A stretch of 63,957 bases of DNA, the filler included, from Collodictyon triciliatum (taxonomy: Eukaryota), in NCBI GenBank assembly GCA_043381765.1. It is 15 parts of 15 records of this genome, joined end to end, with 100 filler letters (N's around TTAATTAATTAA, not from the genome) between each part and the next. Parts side by side here need not be neighbours in the genome. Positions count along the whole stretch, not along the records: positions 13,205 to 17,506 come from JBHJMP010006260.1; positions 17,607 to 21,907 come from JBHJMP010006261.1; positions 22,008 to 26,307 come from JBHJMP010006262.1; positions 26,408 to 30,706 come from JBHJMP010006263.1; positions 30,807 to 37,297 come from JBHJMP010006264.1; 10 more parts are not named here. One strand, given 5' to 3'. The notes below the pieces were generated by a model. That model searched no databases. It saw only the letters and a list, made by a program, of their open reading frames with translations, and was not told the DNA's origin. Positions 17,180-30,999 of the stretch are shown one piece after another (within the stretch, counting starts at the first letter, position 1; the number at the start of each line of letters is the position of its first letter). Position numbers and translations under genes: made by a program.

Positions 17180-17439
17180 GGCGCTTGCGTGTGGTTTGGC
17201 CTGGGCGGGGTTGTGTGTTTGTGAGTGGGGCCGATCGTTGATCGTTAGGTGGTGTTTTTTTCTTTTTGTTTGTTTGCGATGTTGTGTGATCGCCTTCTGT
17301 CATATATTCAATAATTTCTTTTTTATTTATTTATTTATTCGTGCATTATTCGTGAATTAATTGATTATTTTTTTGTTTATCTCTTTGGATACTTGATAAG
17401 TGGCTCTTTGAAGCCTGATGATTGCAAAAAAACAAGAGA

Positions 17440-17506
<67 letters not shown>

Positions 17507-18036
17507 NNNNNNNNNNNNNNNNNNNNNNNNNNNNNNNNNNNNNNNNNNNNTTAATTAATTAANNNNNNNNNNNNNNNNNNNNNNNNNNNNNNNNNNNNNN
17601 NNNNNNTTTTTTCCTGCCTCTCTTTCTTTTTTTTTTTTTTAATTTACATCTCACATTCTGAACCCCAATTTTTTTCTTTGGTTTTATTTGCTTTATACAC
17701 TTCGTCATACAAATAATAATCAATACCAACCCATTCCTAAGAACTGAAAAAACGAGACCTAAAGTTTTGTTGCCGATCGCAGCGCAAAGACTTAACGAGC
17801 TTTGATCGTTTATCCCCTCCCCCGCCCATTTAGTTTTTTTTATTTTTATTTATATTGTGAAAACAAAGAAAGAAAACAAAGAAAGAAAACAAAGAAAGAA
17901 AACAAAGAAAGAAAACAAAGCAAAACAAACGCCCTATTGCATTCTCTCTGTTCTCTGATCCTTCGCATTAACCCCTGATGTAGTGAAGAAGCCTTTGTCT
18001 GACGTCCTATCACCGTACGATTAGTGACAGTCCCAC

Positions 18037-19350
18037 ATGGATCCGAATCAGTGGGCTGCTTTCCAACAAACATGCCAAAACCTCTACGAGGCAGACAACG
18101 AAGTCCGTAAAGAGGCCGAGACGAAACTTAGCGTGTTTCAGGTATTTTTCTTTTTCTTTTCACTTTCGCTACTCATGAGCCCCAAAAACGCTGACAAGTA
18201 AGACCACTTAGAAATTGATGGTTTGGCGTGTATAAAACTGCAAATATCATACATATATGTCGATTTAACAAAACTTGTCTTGAGTGTTTAGAGGTATTCT
18301 GGTTTTTTTTTATCGGAATATACAAGCACACGTTTTATCCTTATAGTTTCGGAGGACATTGCATATATTACCGAATCCCAAATATTCACACTGCAATCTC
18401 CTTTCTCTCTCATACACAGACTTCGCCAGAGTCTATGGCCACCTTGCGTTTCGCCCTCGAGAATACTGAGTCACCTCAGGTCCTCATGTTTGTGTCTAGT
18501 TCGATCCTGCGATTGATCAGCAACCATTGGGGCTTTTACACCATTCCTCAGTTAGCCGAAATACGTTAGTATTTCAATCACGCCTTACGCATTATTACCA
18601 ATCATATTTTCAAAATGAAACCACTAGTACTTGGGTTTTATTATATCGAGGTCAATAAATGCCTAATTCATATATTAACGAAGAAATCTGATTTTTTTCT
18701 GTAGGCGTTTTTTTGCTCAGGTATATGATCAATCGCGGGGTGTCGATGGTTGGTTATATCCAAAATAACCTCCTGCAGGTGATATATATATACATAATCC
18801 AAAAACACACTTTCTGATCCTCATTAGAATCCTATTGCCATCTTTGATTAAAAACAGAAGAGTTCACTCTTTCTAACAACGTGGATTATCATGTTTTGGA
18901 CAGGCTATATGCAGAATCACAAAGTTTGGGTGGTTTGATGAACGTTCCTTTCAAAACGTTTTTTATGACGTCAAGGACTTCATGGCCGTAAGTTCCACTC
19001 TTGCCTGGCTCTCTCATATTTACCCTTTTTCTTTGATGTAATCTAGTCGGTGTGGATTTCGCTTTGATAAAATCACTTTGCTTTGGTTTTTAAGCTCAAA
19101 CACACAACAATACAGGCATCCATGGGCCACCACATAATGGCACTGAATGCTTATCACATTCTGTTGGGTGAGCTAAGCAGCACTAGCTCTCATAGAACAC
19201 TTACCCAAAACCGCCGTGTCGCTGTATCGTTTCGTGACTCTCATTTGCATGATGTGCTGCAAATAGCCCTGGTCACCCTTCGACAGGTGGTGAATCGTCA
19301 AGTTACCGCAGAGAGTAAGATATCTAATGGAACATGTGCTTGCTTTTATT

Positions 19351-19429
<79 letters not shown>

Positions 19430-21807
19430 GTTATTATTATTATTATTCTCGTTGCCCTCGACAATTTTAAGAACACTAATATGACACAGGCGTTAAATCT
19501 ATAACTGTAAACAACATACGCTATTTTGGTTCATATTTCAAGGCGATGCTAAGAAGACTTATAGTTTCCTGGAATATTTGATTTCATTACTTGCCATAGT
19601 CCCCATACTTGACCGTGCCATCGAAGCTAGCTTGAACGTTGTCATTTCAAGCCTGTCATTTGATTTTGTTGGAAGTTCATCCGAAGACCACGGGGATGAT
19701 ATTAGTGGAACCATTCAAATACCATCTTCATGGAGGGCGACGTTTGAGGATCAAGAATTGATACCACTTTTCGTGGAATTTTACTCCTCGTGTCAGCCTC
19801 CAAGATCCTCTCAGGTTTTTTTTCTTTCTTTGAGACTCTCATCAACTCTCTGTTGCACTTGTAGAATTTATATTACATAAAACAATGTTCATCAGTATTA
19901 GTGTCATCTTTCATATACAAAAAACGTTTCCCACTCTTCATTGTTGCGTAAAGGTACTGCAAGCACTGACCCTGGTTTCGTCTGTGCGTCGCTCTTTATT
20001 CTTGGATGAAGAGGAACGTAATGCACATTTACTGCGCATAGTGCGTGCGATGACACAGATTTTGACCACCAGAAGGGGTATGTAGCTGCTTGAATAGACA
20101 TTTATCCAATACAGCGACGCAGTTATCGTGCTCATATGTTTGGGGTATATGGTTACATCGCCGTATGACTTGACACTAAATTTATTTACAATAACCTATC
20201 AACGGTATGATAAAGGCCTCGACGATGCGGATAATTTCCACGAATTCTGTCGATTTTTGGCCAGAGTAAAATCTAACTTCCAATTGTCCGAAGTGGTATC
20301 ACTGGAAGGATTCCAAGAGTGGCTTCATCTCGTCTTTCAATTCACGATTTCTTCTTTGCAATATGATGAGGTCTCTATCATCTCTTAATGCATCTCTGCT
20401 GTACTTATGGATACCGGCATAAACTCTCCAGACTGGAATATTTTTTTTTTGAATTTGTTGCTAAATAGTAACCAAATTTTCTCAGGCACCCAACAGCAAG
20501 TATTACTTATTGGGGCTATGGTCTAGATTGGTTTCCGCTCTCATCTATCTGAGCAACGAAACACAATCTGGAATTGATGAATACGCGCCGCAGGTGAACA
20601 ATTTTTCAATTTAAAAATCCAGTAATTCAGCATATGGATACAAGCTGATGACATCTTTTTGTTTTAGTAAAATAACCAGTCATATTTTAGATTATCCAAT
20701 TATACATTAAGTCTAAATTCGCTTATGTGGAAAGTGAATATGCTACAAACCCTACAGATGGTATGAGTTGAATCTTGATTGTATGTAGCCTTAAAACACA
20801 TTGGTTGGAATTGACATGATACTGTTTTGAGGCACATCATACCATATTTTAAATTAAACACAATGAAAGAGAAGCTCTATCAAACTCTAACAGACCAAAA
20901 TACACCATCGTCTCTGGCACATGGTTGCCCTCCCTCATCCGATTGAATAGAACTTCTTGATGATGAGGAGATTTTAAGTGAACAACTGATCGCAATTCCA
21001 AATCTAGGCAGATGCAAGGTACTATAGTTTCCCCCCTTTTCTAATCATTTTATCAAGTAGGTATGCCTAATCCTGTTAATCCAACAGAGGGATATTTCTT
21101 TTCGAAGTAAAAAAAAAAAAAAAGAGGCTGATATATTTCTCCAAATGTTTAATTCAAGATTTGGATGTTTTTTTTTTTTTTTAGTACGCGCAAACTACAA
21201 ACTTCATCAAAGGGTTGATTGAACCCCTACTAGTCCAATATCAGGTAGTTTTCTTTTCTTTTCTTTTTTCATTAAAATTAAAAAAAGAACTTTTTTTTTT
21301 TGTAAAATTACTCGCCTCTATTTTTTTGACAAAAAATTAGACCTGGCGTTCTAACTTTTGTGTACTTTTATCTACTATAATTTAACCTGGTCAAAAGGTT
21401 TAAGATTACAGAGAATATCTCTGTGGAGTAATAATCCAGATTTATTGTTAAATGTGCATTCAGGAATACCATCAAATGCCTCCAAAATCCCAATTGAGCC
21501 CGCAGATGCAGGTCCAAGCTAATGTATTGGAGGGTATAAATGATTCAGTTGGAAGATATTTGCTTTTACTTAACCAATCGTGTTATATTCATCCTTTTTT
21601 TTTTTAAATTCGGTGTGTCCCTAAATTCCTGCGTAAATTTTTTTAACTCCACACACAGGCAAACTTATTTGGTTGGTTTTCATAATCGGATGCATGGTCG
21701 GTGGCCGAGAGACAACATCCATCAACGATGAAGATGATGTTATGGACGGCATTTTGATAGCTCCTGTCCTGCAGCTGCGCCAGTTGTATGACCTTCGTTT
21801 GAACATG
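18037..21807 (+). CDS. XPO7: Exportin-7 / RanBP16, N-terminal half (multi-exon, 3' truncated)
   Basis: Motifs CRITKFGWFD, HRTLTQNRRVAVSFRDSHL, LSFDFVGSSSEDHGDDISGTIQIPSSWR, DNFHEFCRFLARVKSNFQLSEVV, YYLLGLWSRLV and WLVFIIGCMVGGR..DVMDG are characteristic of XPO7/RanBP17. Confidence 0.92.
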
Positions 21808-22007
21808 GTATTACTATTACTATTACTATTACTATTACTATTACTATTACTATTACTATTACTATTACTATTACTATTACTATTACTATTATTATTATTA
21901 TTATTATNNNNNNNNNNNNNNNNNNNNNNNNNNNNNNNNNNNNNNNNNNNNTTAATTAATTAANNNNNNNNNNNNNNNNNNNNNNNNNNNNNNNNNNNNN
22001 NNNNNNN

Positions 22008-22235
22008 CATCAGGGCCTGCAGCTTGGGGTTGGCCTCCAGCTTGTCCTTGATGGCCTTGCGGATCAGCGTGTTCTTGCCCATGAGGACAACGGCCTTGCC
22101 GCGGAGGGCCACACGGATGCGCTGGAACTGGCGCGAGCCGACATTGTCTGCCTCCACGATGAAGACGCGAGAGTATTCGTCTAGCAGGCGGTGCAGGCGT
22201 TCAAAGTATTCTTCTTTGCGAGCGTCAACGGGCAT
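22008..22235 (-). CDS. RPLP0: 60S acidic ribosomal protein P0 (uL10), N-terminal fragment
   Basis: [52 protein letters not shown]; truncated by the contig end. Confidence 0.97.
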
Positions 22236-23450
22236 GATGGCTTCTTGCTTGTAGTTTGGGGTGGGTTGGTGGGTTGGTTTTGCTGCGTTAGAGTGTTGGG
22301 GCGGAACTTGTGATAGACACCGTGAACCAGTTTAAAAGGCTGCGAGAGGGTAGTGTCAGTAAGTCCCACCGGCTTTCTCGTCGCAAATGCACAAAACTCT
22401 GAGACAGTGATGATTAATTCATGGTACAGGTTATTTGAGGGATGGGGTACATAGTAACTTACTGGAACCTTGGGAACAGAGGGATGTCTAGATCAGCCAC
22501 AGCAACAAAGGGAGAAGGGTATAGCCAGGGAAGAGAGATAGGTGTGAGTTAGTTCACTGACAGCATAGAGTTTGTCAAGTTATTTCGAGCCATGTAGAGG
22601 AGTGGATGTGTGATTGGGTCAGGCGGCCAGAATGTCCTGAAACTTAGGGCTTGTATTCCTGAAGTGGACACGATAGATCCTTGGGTATCGTGCTCATACC
22701 GTGGCGTTTTCGTGTGTGGTGGGAGGCTAGTCGTTTAGGGATTCTGGCTCTTGGTGGTTACCTGTCTTGTCGCGAAGTACTACACTCGGGGTGCTTGGAG
22801 CGAAGTCCTTGGGCAGGCCGTGATCGCTCGGATTTCTCTGGGGGTTGGAAGAACGTGTCTCTGTAATTACATATGCTTGCAGAACGCATGATTATATTAC
22901 CTGGCTTGTATTTGTAGGATTTACGAAACTTTATAATGCATGTTACAATTAGAACGAGAAAATATATATTATTAATGATTTGATGTGGATACATAAGTAT
23001 AAATTCATCATAAGAAGTAAATTCCACGTTTGTGAGGCAGTGCACCCGAAATTATGGACACCGTTTCTTGCTGTTGTGGTTGCAGTTGTACGAGTTTTGG
23101 AAACCCGGCGCGGATGTGTGGCAAGGGAAACAACTATTTGGCACACACACGTTGCTTTGAGTAAAGCTCGGTTCTGCGACGAGAATCTGCAAGAAGTCTC
23201 GCACGTGGTGGGGCCCTCTCGTCTCTGTCACAGACCAAACCGAACGTGTTTGCCAATTTTGCCTTCTTGGCCTCTGATCACCAAACATCAACTTCGCTCG
23301 CGATGCGCTTATTTATGCATTCAATAAGCGACGTGTTTTTTTTTTTTTTAATTTTTAACTAGGGGTACACAAGGACTTCACTGCCCCACAGGACTTTCTC
23401 TGCGGAGTCAAAGCTTGAGAGACACTGCCTTTGCTTCGAGTCGGGCCAGG

Positions 23451-25380
23451 ATGGATGTGCCAGAGGAGGATGCTCGCGCAAATCATTATTCAGAGGCCGA
23501 GGAGGACATACCGTTGGAGGCAGAAACGTTGACTGGAAGAGACAAGTTGCAGGGTAGGAAAGTAATAGGACGCTTGACTCGCAGAGGAAAGTTGGCAAAG
23601 TGGGACGAATTGCAGACACGCAAGCTTGTAGCTGTCATCCTCAGCGTCTTTCCAGGGGTATGTCGCTCTTGTTGTGAGGTGTCTTATGATGCATTTTCCT
23701 TGTGGGGTTCTTACTAATAAAAGACCCTTTTCTGTTGCAGTACTATGGCAATAGTAAGCTGGATGATTTGCTTGAGAATTACAAAAGCGTCTTTTGGGAA
23801 CGTGTCTTGCATGTTATGAAGCGAAATGGTGTCAACAAATCGGGTCATTCATGTCTACATAAGTATGACGAGTTGCTTCGCAATGGTGTTGTATGTTGCA
23901 ATTCTACATATCTCTTCTTATGCACTTGAATTACTCTAAAACACTGAAGAATACTCACTTTCATATCCTACTTCGATATATATATATATATTATACACAT
24001 ACTTCTTGGAAGAAAAAATAAAAAAAATGTATCCCTTATGTCTACATAATATCTTCAAGTGTTCATTAATCAATACCACATCCTAGATCAAAATAGAACA
24101 TGACGGGACGTTGAGCACATCATCCGACCTTTCTGACATTCAGCTAACATCTGGGATGAACTCGCAAGTCTCTGAATCAGAGTCTGAATCCGAAACAGCT
24201 TCTACCCAAAGCAACCCTGCATCTCGTTTGTGATCTATTTTGAATGTGTCAATTACATCCTTTCATAATAAAGGGGTCCTTCTTTTTTTCTTTTCCTTCC
24301 TTTATTATTCATGAGATATCGTAGAATAGAACCACTTCCCCACATTCTCAATCATGTCCCATTCATTATATGATGTTTTATTAAGTTTGGATTTTTTTTC
24401 AAACTATAGGAAATGCAGAGAGTAAACAGGATGGGCCACCGAAACGAAAAAGTCAACTTTCATCAAAAATTAACGGGAGAAATACAAAAAATGTCAGCAT
24501 TGTGGTTGGGAAAAGACAATACCGCCGAAGGCTTGCGTCCCTTCCTGCGCATAAAGGAGTGTCAAAGCATCGCGGACCACACAGGAAGATGGAAAAGTCT
24601 GCACATGAAACTGTAATTGTTTCAGAAAAACCCAGGGAAGGTGAAGAAGCAAATCAAAGTGTGGAATATAGCAAACGCAAAGGGGCTCAAAACACCCGCT
24701 CTCCTGATAAAAGCCGTGGAGACGATAAAGACATCTCGACAATACGAAAGAAGAGAATCGTTTCTGGGATGGGGACAGTTGCTGGTGACTCATCCGATTC
24801 ATCAGACTCGTCCTCCCGATCCTCCGGGTCTAGCTCTAAATCACCCTCACATTCTTCCGGAAAGGCCGCAGCTGAAAAGCCAGTCGAGAAAATGGCATCT
24901 ACGACCAAGTTTCCCCAGAAGCGTAAATACGTTCGAAGAAATCCACCAGCAACAGTGCATGAGCTTAATGAATTGGGGCTCAAGATGATGCTGGACAGGG
25001 AGGCCCAGCAGCAAACCAAGTTACTTAACCAAACTCATAAAGCCGGAGAGACAAACACCATAGATACAGCGCAATCTGCCTTTCATAACCCAAACCAAAA
25101 AAGCCACGGAGAACCGTCAAGTACAGAGGGGATGAGCGGAAACAAAAGGAAAGACCCCACCGCCCACAACGTCTCGCAAGATGCTACTGCTTTCTTTTCT
25201 CATTTGTCTGGTTCAATAACAGACCCAGCACTTGTTTCTGATGACCATGCATTTTATGAGACACTTAGCGCCATCAAGTACTCAATCAACTGTATCTTAC
25301 AACTTTACAAAAGCCGCCTTGAATCACGTGCAGGGAACCCCTCTGAGCAAGGCGATGAAGACCCACGTGATTCTTCATGA
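23451..25380 (+). CDS. Myb/SANT-like (trihelix) DNA-binding domain protein with a long Ser/charged disordered tail; 4 exons (~23451-23657, 23741-23890, 24088-24226, 24410-25380)
   Basis: KWDELQTRKLV..FWERVLHVMKRNGVNKSGHSCLHKYDELLR fits the W..ET..L / W..V...M...G..KS...C..KY..L trihelix pattern; the spliced frame is open to TGA at 25380. Confidence 0.7.
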
Positions 25381-25484
25381 CTTGGCACCCATGACCATCA
25401 TTTTTTTAAATAAAGAATATGATATAGAAAATAAAAAAATAAAGGAAAGGTAAGGCGAGAGACATAGATCTTCTCTAAACTAAA

Positions 25485-26180
25485 AATTGGCAGGGTTCGT
25501 TCGTTCGTTCGTTCGTTTGTTTGTTTGTTTGTTTGTTTGTTTGTTTGTTTGTTTGTTTGTTTGTTTGTTTGTTTGTTTGTTTGTTTGTTTGTTTGTTTGT
25601 TTGTTCGTTTGTTTGTTTGTTTGTTTGTTTGTTTATTTATTTATTTATTTGTTTGTTTGTTTGTTTGTTTGTTTGTTCGTTTGTTTGTTCGTTTGTGTGG
25701 ATAAGAATTTCAAAAGAACGATCTATTCCATACCTTACAATGTGGATAAATGTGGTGATCAATAATGAGAGACAGACTCTAGAGGAACTTGAAAAAAAAA
25801 ACACACCGAGGAGAGAAAAAGACACAATCTGAAAAATAATATTGCCACACTGGCGTTCTTTCCTTCTTCTCCCAACCCAACCCGCTGCGTTCAGAAGCCG
25901 GAAAAAAATAAGCAAGCGATCAGGAAGGGTGATCCTGAGAAGGACGAGAGCGCCCACCAGGAGACTGGCGCCACAGCCCTACCCCATGGAACACCTACTG
26001 ATCGTACGCAAAACGAGGAGGCCGATGCAGCCAACACGGAGAGCTGAAAGGTCACTTGACCACATCCCTTACAACATAGGTTATGCACCGAGACACACCG
26101 ACGACCAAGACGCCAGTTGCCATTGACCCGTGAGTGCAACAATCCATGAATAAGATAAAGCGAGCTCTTTGAGATAATAA
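25485..26180 (+). mobile_element. Dispersed repeat, copy 3: fragment of the partner-gene region of the Fanzor-associated element
   Basis: Aligns by eye with the reverse complement of 31850-32490 (shared CACTGGCGTTC..CCTTCTTCTCCCAACCCA, GCCACAGCCCT.CCCCATGGAA, TCACTTGACCACATC, GACCCGTGAGT, CGAGCTCTTTGA). Confidence 0.8.
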
Positions 26181-26407
26181 AAAATGAAATAACGAAATAA
26201 CGAAATAATAATAACAATAATAATAACAATAATAATAACAATAATAATAACAATAATAATAACAATAATAATAACAATAATAATAACAATAATAATAACA
26301 ATAATAANNNNNNNNNNNNNNNNNNNNNNNNNNNNNNNNNNNNNNNNNNNNTTAATTAATTAANNNNNNNNNNNNNNNNNNNNNNNNNNNNNNNNNNNNN
26401 NNNNNNN

Positions 26408-28474
26408 CTGTTCTTTCTGGCGACGAAATACGCAAGGCCATCGAAGCAGGGTTTTTGATTTTCTTCGCCATCGCCGTTCTCTCTCTCTCTTTTTTTTCTT
26501 TTTTTTTTTTAGTTATCATTTGTGTTTCTTGCTTAGTTTTTTTTTTTTTTTTTGTTTTTTTCTTAAAAAAAAAAAAAAAAAGAAAGGTGAACCTTTCCCT
26601 TCGATATTACTTATCTGTTACTTTATTTGCAAGATTTAATATGTGAAAATGTAGGCTAGCCAGATGAATAATATCTATTTGTCCTCATTGCTAAATAAGG
26701 CTGGGTCCTTCCCAAATATTGACCCTATCATTAAAATACTTGAAGGTACGAACTCCTGACAGAGAGCCTAAATTTTTTTCTTTCTTTCTTTGATGCCAAT
26801 ATAAGTCTTTATCATTCAGCTGCATAAACTATCACTCATACATATTACAAATCCTGTTACAGAAAAAGGCCCTAGGCATGACCAGCAGACGAAAGCAATA
26901 TGCGCTTTGCTTCGAATAATAGCCGGAAACATGAATAGCATCATAGAGTTGAAATTTGCTTAAATCGTTGTCAAATAATATTGTTACAGACTATGAGGTG
27001 CCACTCGCCCATAGAAAATTTAGAGTTGCATGTGTGTTTAAACTAATAAAAAAAAAATGACAATAGGGACTTTCCTTCCCTGGATTGGAGAGAGGTATTT
27101 GCGCTGGTTTTTCGATATGGTGTCCCACAAGAGGAGGACCTCACGAAAGGATTTCAGATATTAGAGGGACTATTGAAATATAGCAACTGCGATGAGCGAT
27201 TTTTAACGGTGTGATGAACCCTCCTTTTGAATACATATTTAAATAGTTCAAATCTTGCAAGCCTGAGACAACTTTCGAAGAAAAAAACACATTAATACAG
27301 CATAAATTATTATTATCATAGTGCTTCAATCAAGCTCTAATATTATTGCTTCATTTTATCTCCTACTTCAGGAATGCAGTCTCTACATCGAACTATATAA
27401 AGCGATAAGTGATGAGGCATACGACCCTGACCTTTTGGTACTCGAGCGCTACTGTAAGTCTCTAGAGCAGTGTCATTCAGAAGCGAACGTACTAATTCTA
27501 TCTTCTCTGAAGATTAAATAAACACGCCTTGTTTCTTATCTTCTCTGAAGATTAAATAAACACGCCTTGTTTCTAGTTTTCATTCTGGACATATTCGCCC
27601 AGATGACATTTCTTTTTTTAAAAAAACAACAACAGATAAAAAAATTCCATACTCAATAATACAGCTCCTGTCAGGGAAAAATCTTATGTCGAACGCAACC
27701 CAGTGTTCTCGTGGCAAATGTCAAATATTTTTGTATGGCTGCGCAGGAGGGATCAGAAGCTTAGGAAATCTCTTCCCTCATATATTCGTGAGGGGTTCTT
27801 TATCTAATTTTTTTTATTCATGTTTTCTTGGCCCTTGAATATCACCGAATTTTGGAGTATTCTTAACCGCTTAAATGTTTAAACTAGGCATTCAATTGGA
27901 TTATTTGGACTTACTCTTGCGCGAAAAGAGATATCTTCCCTCTGCTTCCCTTCTCAATAGCATCGCATCCCAGTAAAAACATATGATGCGGCTTTTGATT
28001 TATCTGCTTACATAATTTACCAACTCGGTTAATCAAAATCGCTTGAAATGAACATAATTTTCCATTTTTATGACTCTTTTGTCAATCCAGTTCAATAAAG
28101 CTTGTGCATCCGTTAATCGAAGGAGTTCTCAAAATCATAATTGGGAGAATGTTGTATGTATTCTCAATCTTGTTATTTTTTTCTCACAATAACTTTATGT
28201 AAATACGAATCAAGAGTTGACAATCCAAAAAGAAACAACTTTTTTTTGGGGTGTTAATCTCTGGCTTCCACAAAGACAAATATCACTTTGGGTACCCTTA
28301 TCGAAGCAATAACTTGCTTATGCAAAAAAAAAAAAAAAATATTCAAAGATACGAAGCCTCAATCAAGGGTGAACACTTGCACCCAGAGACAGAGACATTG
28401 ACTTATGAGTGTGGAATTAGTCTTGCCGACGAACAAGTAAGATTTCACTAAGAATTACTGATGTTATTTTTTTG

Positions 28475-28516
<42 letters not shown>

Positions 28517-29979
28517 TGTCGTGCATGCGATTGTGTACGATTGTATGCTATTCACCTGATAGTAGGTGCGAGGCACTTTAGTTTATTAGCAAGAACCTAG
28601 CCTATATACTGAACTACATTCGCCATTTTGAACATTCCTCCGCAGTTACAACTTTATGACTACAAGTTTGATCGATTGGCTGTCATCTTGGGACTTGAAG
28701 AAATGTTGCCAACGGAAGAGTCTGATAAAGTTGACAGCTTGGTCACAAAATGGGTTCGCTATGTCCGCCAATCAGTCTGTGACCGCCTATTCTTTAGTGC
28801 TCCATCCGCAACCCTAAGTACATTATTTCTCGGGCGAATAATCGACAAATGGATCGCTGATTAACTCTTATTTCAATCATCTACATTATATTTTAATCAT
28901 ATTATCCTAATGCACGACAACTGAAAATCAGAACGCTTTTCCTACATGATATTTTTTTAAATATATACGGCATTGCTAATTGGTTTTATTATAAATTTAC
29001 GCGAATGATGGGTACACAGAAAATCCGTTCGCTCGGGCTTCGGACGCCCTGGACCCCATTAGATGGAGTGACCGCATTCTGCCGATGGCAATCTATCACA
29101 AGGATTCTTATTACGAAGGGACACCGATATATGCCGGATATGCATGCGTAATTCTTCTTTCCTTGCACGAAATTCCTTTGATAAGACATACTAGGATAGG
29201 AAAAGTGCACATCTATGGGAGTTTATCTCTCTCTTATCCAGAAAATCAACGCCAAACACAGGAATTTATAACCCCAGAAAATGAAAAGAAGCTGATTATA
29301 CTTTAATTCTTGATAAGCATTTGTCCAACAAGCTTCTGATAAATAAAATACTTCATCTTTATGCAGGGCCAATATGTTCATGATACACACGAAAAGATTA
29401 TACCAGACTCCGATATTGTTTCCCGAATCTCGTCTGTGGAGAAGCAACTTCAAGTCTACTGTGAAGACAAGTCCACAGTCCACCACCCACACGAAAGACT
29501 TTTGGCTGTCCACCAGTCTGTTCCTTATTACTTCATTCTTATATTTAAAGAAAGAAAAAAGCAAAATCTAATCTAGGGATAAATCAAATCAATCATCTCC
29601 CACTTGCGACTTATTTCTTAAACCTATTTATACAATCCAACTCATTTCGGTATAAATAAGTGCCATGATTCATAAACACGCGCACAAACAACCCTGTAGG
29701 GAGATGCGCACATTCATCCAGACGCACTTTGCCTCCCACCTAAGAAAGAAGATGACCTCGCGCCAGTACGCGGATGTAAGTGTTGGAGATACAGACACTG
29801 TGCTTATACAAAATCAATTACATTACGTTAGAGAAAGAAAGAAAAAGAAACAGGCCGCCATCCCGAATGATTCAAAGCACCTAACCCTGATGGTCTAGAT
29901 CATGCTCAACCAAACGGCTCTGCCCACCGACAAGGAGTCCATCTTCACCCAGGCGTCAAAGTCGATAGGCATGAACTAG
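26408..29979 (+). CDS. Probable divergent nucleoporin Nup96 (C-terminal part of Nup98-96), multi-exon, 5' truncated
   Basis: ICALLRIIAGN, SLDWREVFALVFRYGVP (cf. LDWKRAFGLxLWY), FSWQMS, YEGTPIYAGY (cf. WExGGxIYxDY) and terminal ALPTD occur in Nup96 order; similarity is weak. Confidence 0.5.
27499..27574. repeat. Perfect 38-bp tandem duplication in an intron
   Basis: TATCTTCTCTGAAGATTAAATAAACACGCCTTGTTTCT occurs at 27499-27536 and 27537-27574. Confidence 0.92.
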
Positions 29980-30806
29980 CCTGCAACGAGCCGGCCAGAA
30001 ATAAATGGTTTCCAGAAAAGGATGATCTATATCCATTGCTGGAATGTGCAGCAGAAATACTTTTCCCTTTCGCCTTTGGTTCGCCCAACATTCGCGCATT
30101 CTCGAACCCGATTCCCATTTCCCACACCCGCGTCCAACCGAATAATACCAACCAGTCGATAAAGCACGGCTCTGTTTACTGACGAGCAGAATCAGAGTCA
30201 GAGTCAGAGTCAGAGTCAGAGTCAGAGTCAGAGTCGCAAAGGCCACCAGTTTGCTTGTTTGGTTCGTTGTTTCCTTTTGTATTCGATGGACTCGAGTGTC
30301 TGTGCGTTTTCTGCCGTGGCGAAGCCGAAGCCACTTCAGCCGTGGGAGACTTTGTATCGACCCGCGTGGAGAGCCTTCTGGAGGGCGTCCTTTCCTGTTT
30401 GTCTATTTTCTGTTATTGCACTTTATTTTGTTTTCTTTCTTTCTTTTTCTTACAATTCTTTCTTTCTTTTTTTCTTTCTATTTTCTTTCTATTTTCTTTC
30501 TATTTTCTTTCTATTTTCTTTCTTTTTTCTTTCTTTCTTTTTTTCTTTCTTTTTTTCTTTCTTTTTTTCTTTCTTTTTTTCTTTCTTTTTTCTTTTTTCC
30601 TTTTTTCCTTTTTTCTTTTTTCTTTCTTTTTTCTTTCTTTTTTCTTTCTTTTTTCTTTCTTTTTTCTTTCTTTTTTCTTTCTTTTTTCTTTCTTTTTTCT
30701 TTCTTTNNNNNNNNNNNNNNNNNNNNNNNNNNNNNNNNNNNNNNNNNNNNTTAATTAATTAANNNNNNNNNNNNNNNNNNNNNNNNNNNNNNNNNNNNNN
30801 NNNNNN

Positions 30807-30875
<69 letters not shown>

Positions 30876-30999
30876 CTCTTTTTTTTTTTCCGTGATTGAT
30901 CGAGCTGAGACGGGGATTAGTATTCTGCCATAATCGCACCAAGTTGCCACCCCACTCGGAGCCCGGACAGTAAAACCATAACATAGTTAAATTATCACT

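Noticed and set aside
30251-30762. Hydrophobic poly-F/L/I 'membrane protein' ORFs (also near 16.0-16.4, 25.5, 33.0-34.0, 37.3 and 59.8-60.5 kb) and ORFs spanning N gaps
   Set aside because: Translations of microsatellites or of Ns.
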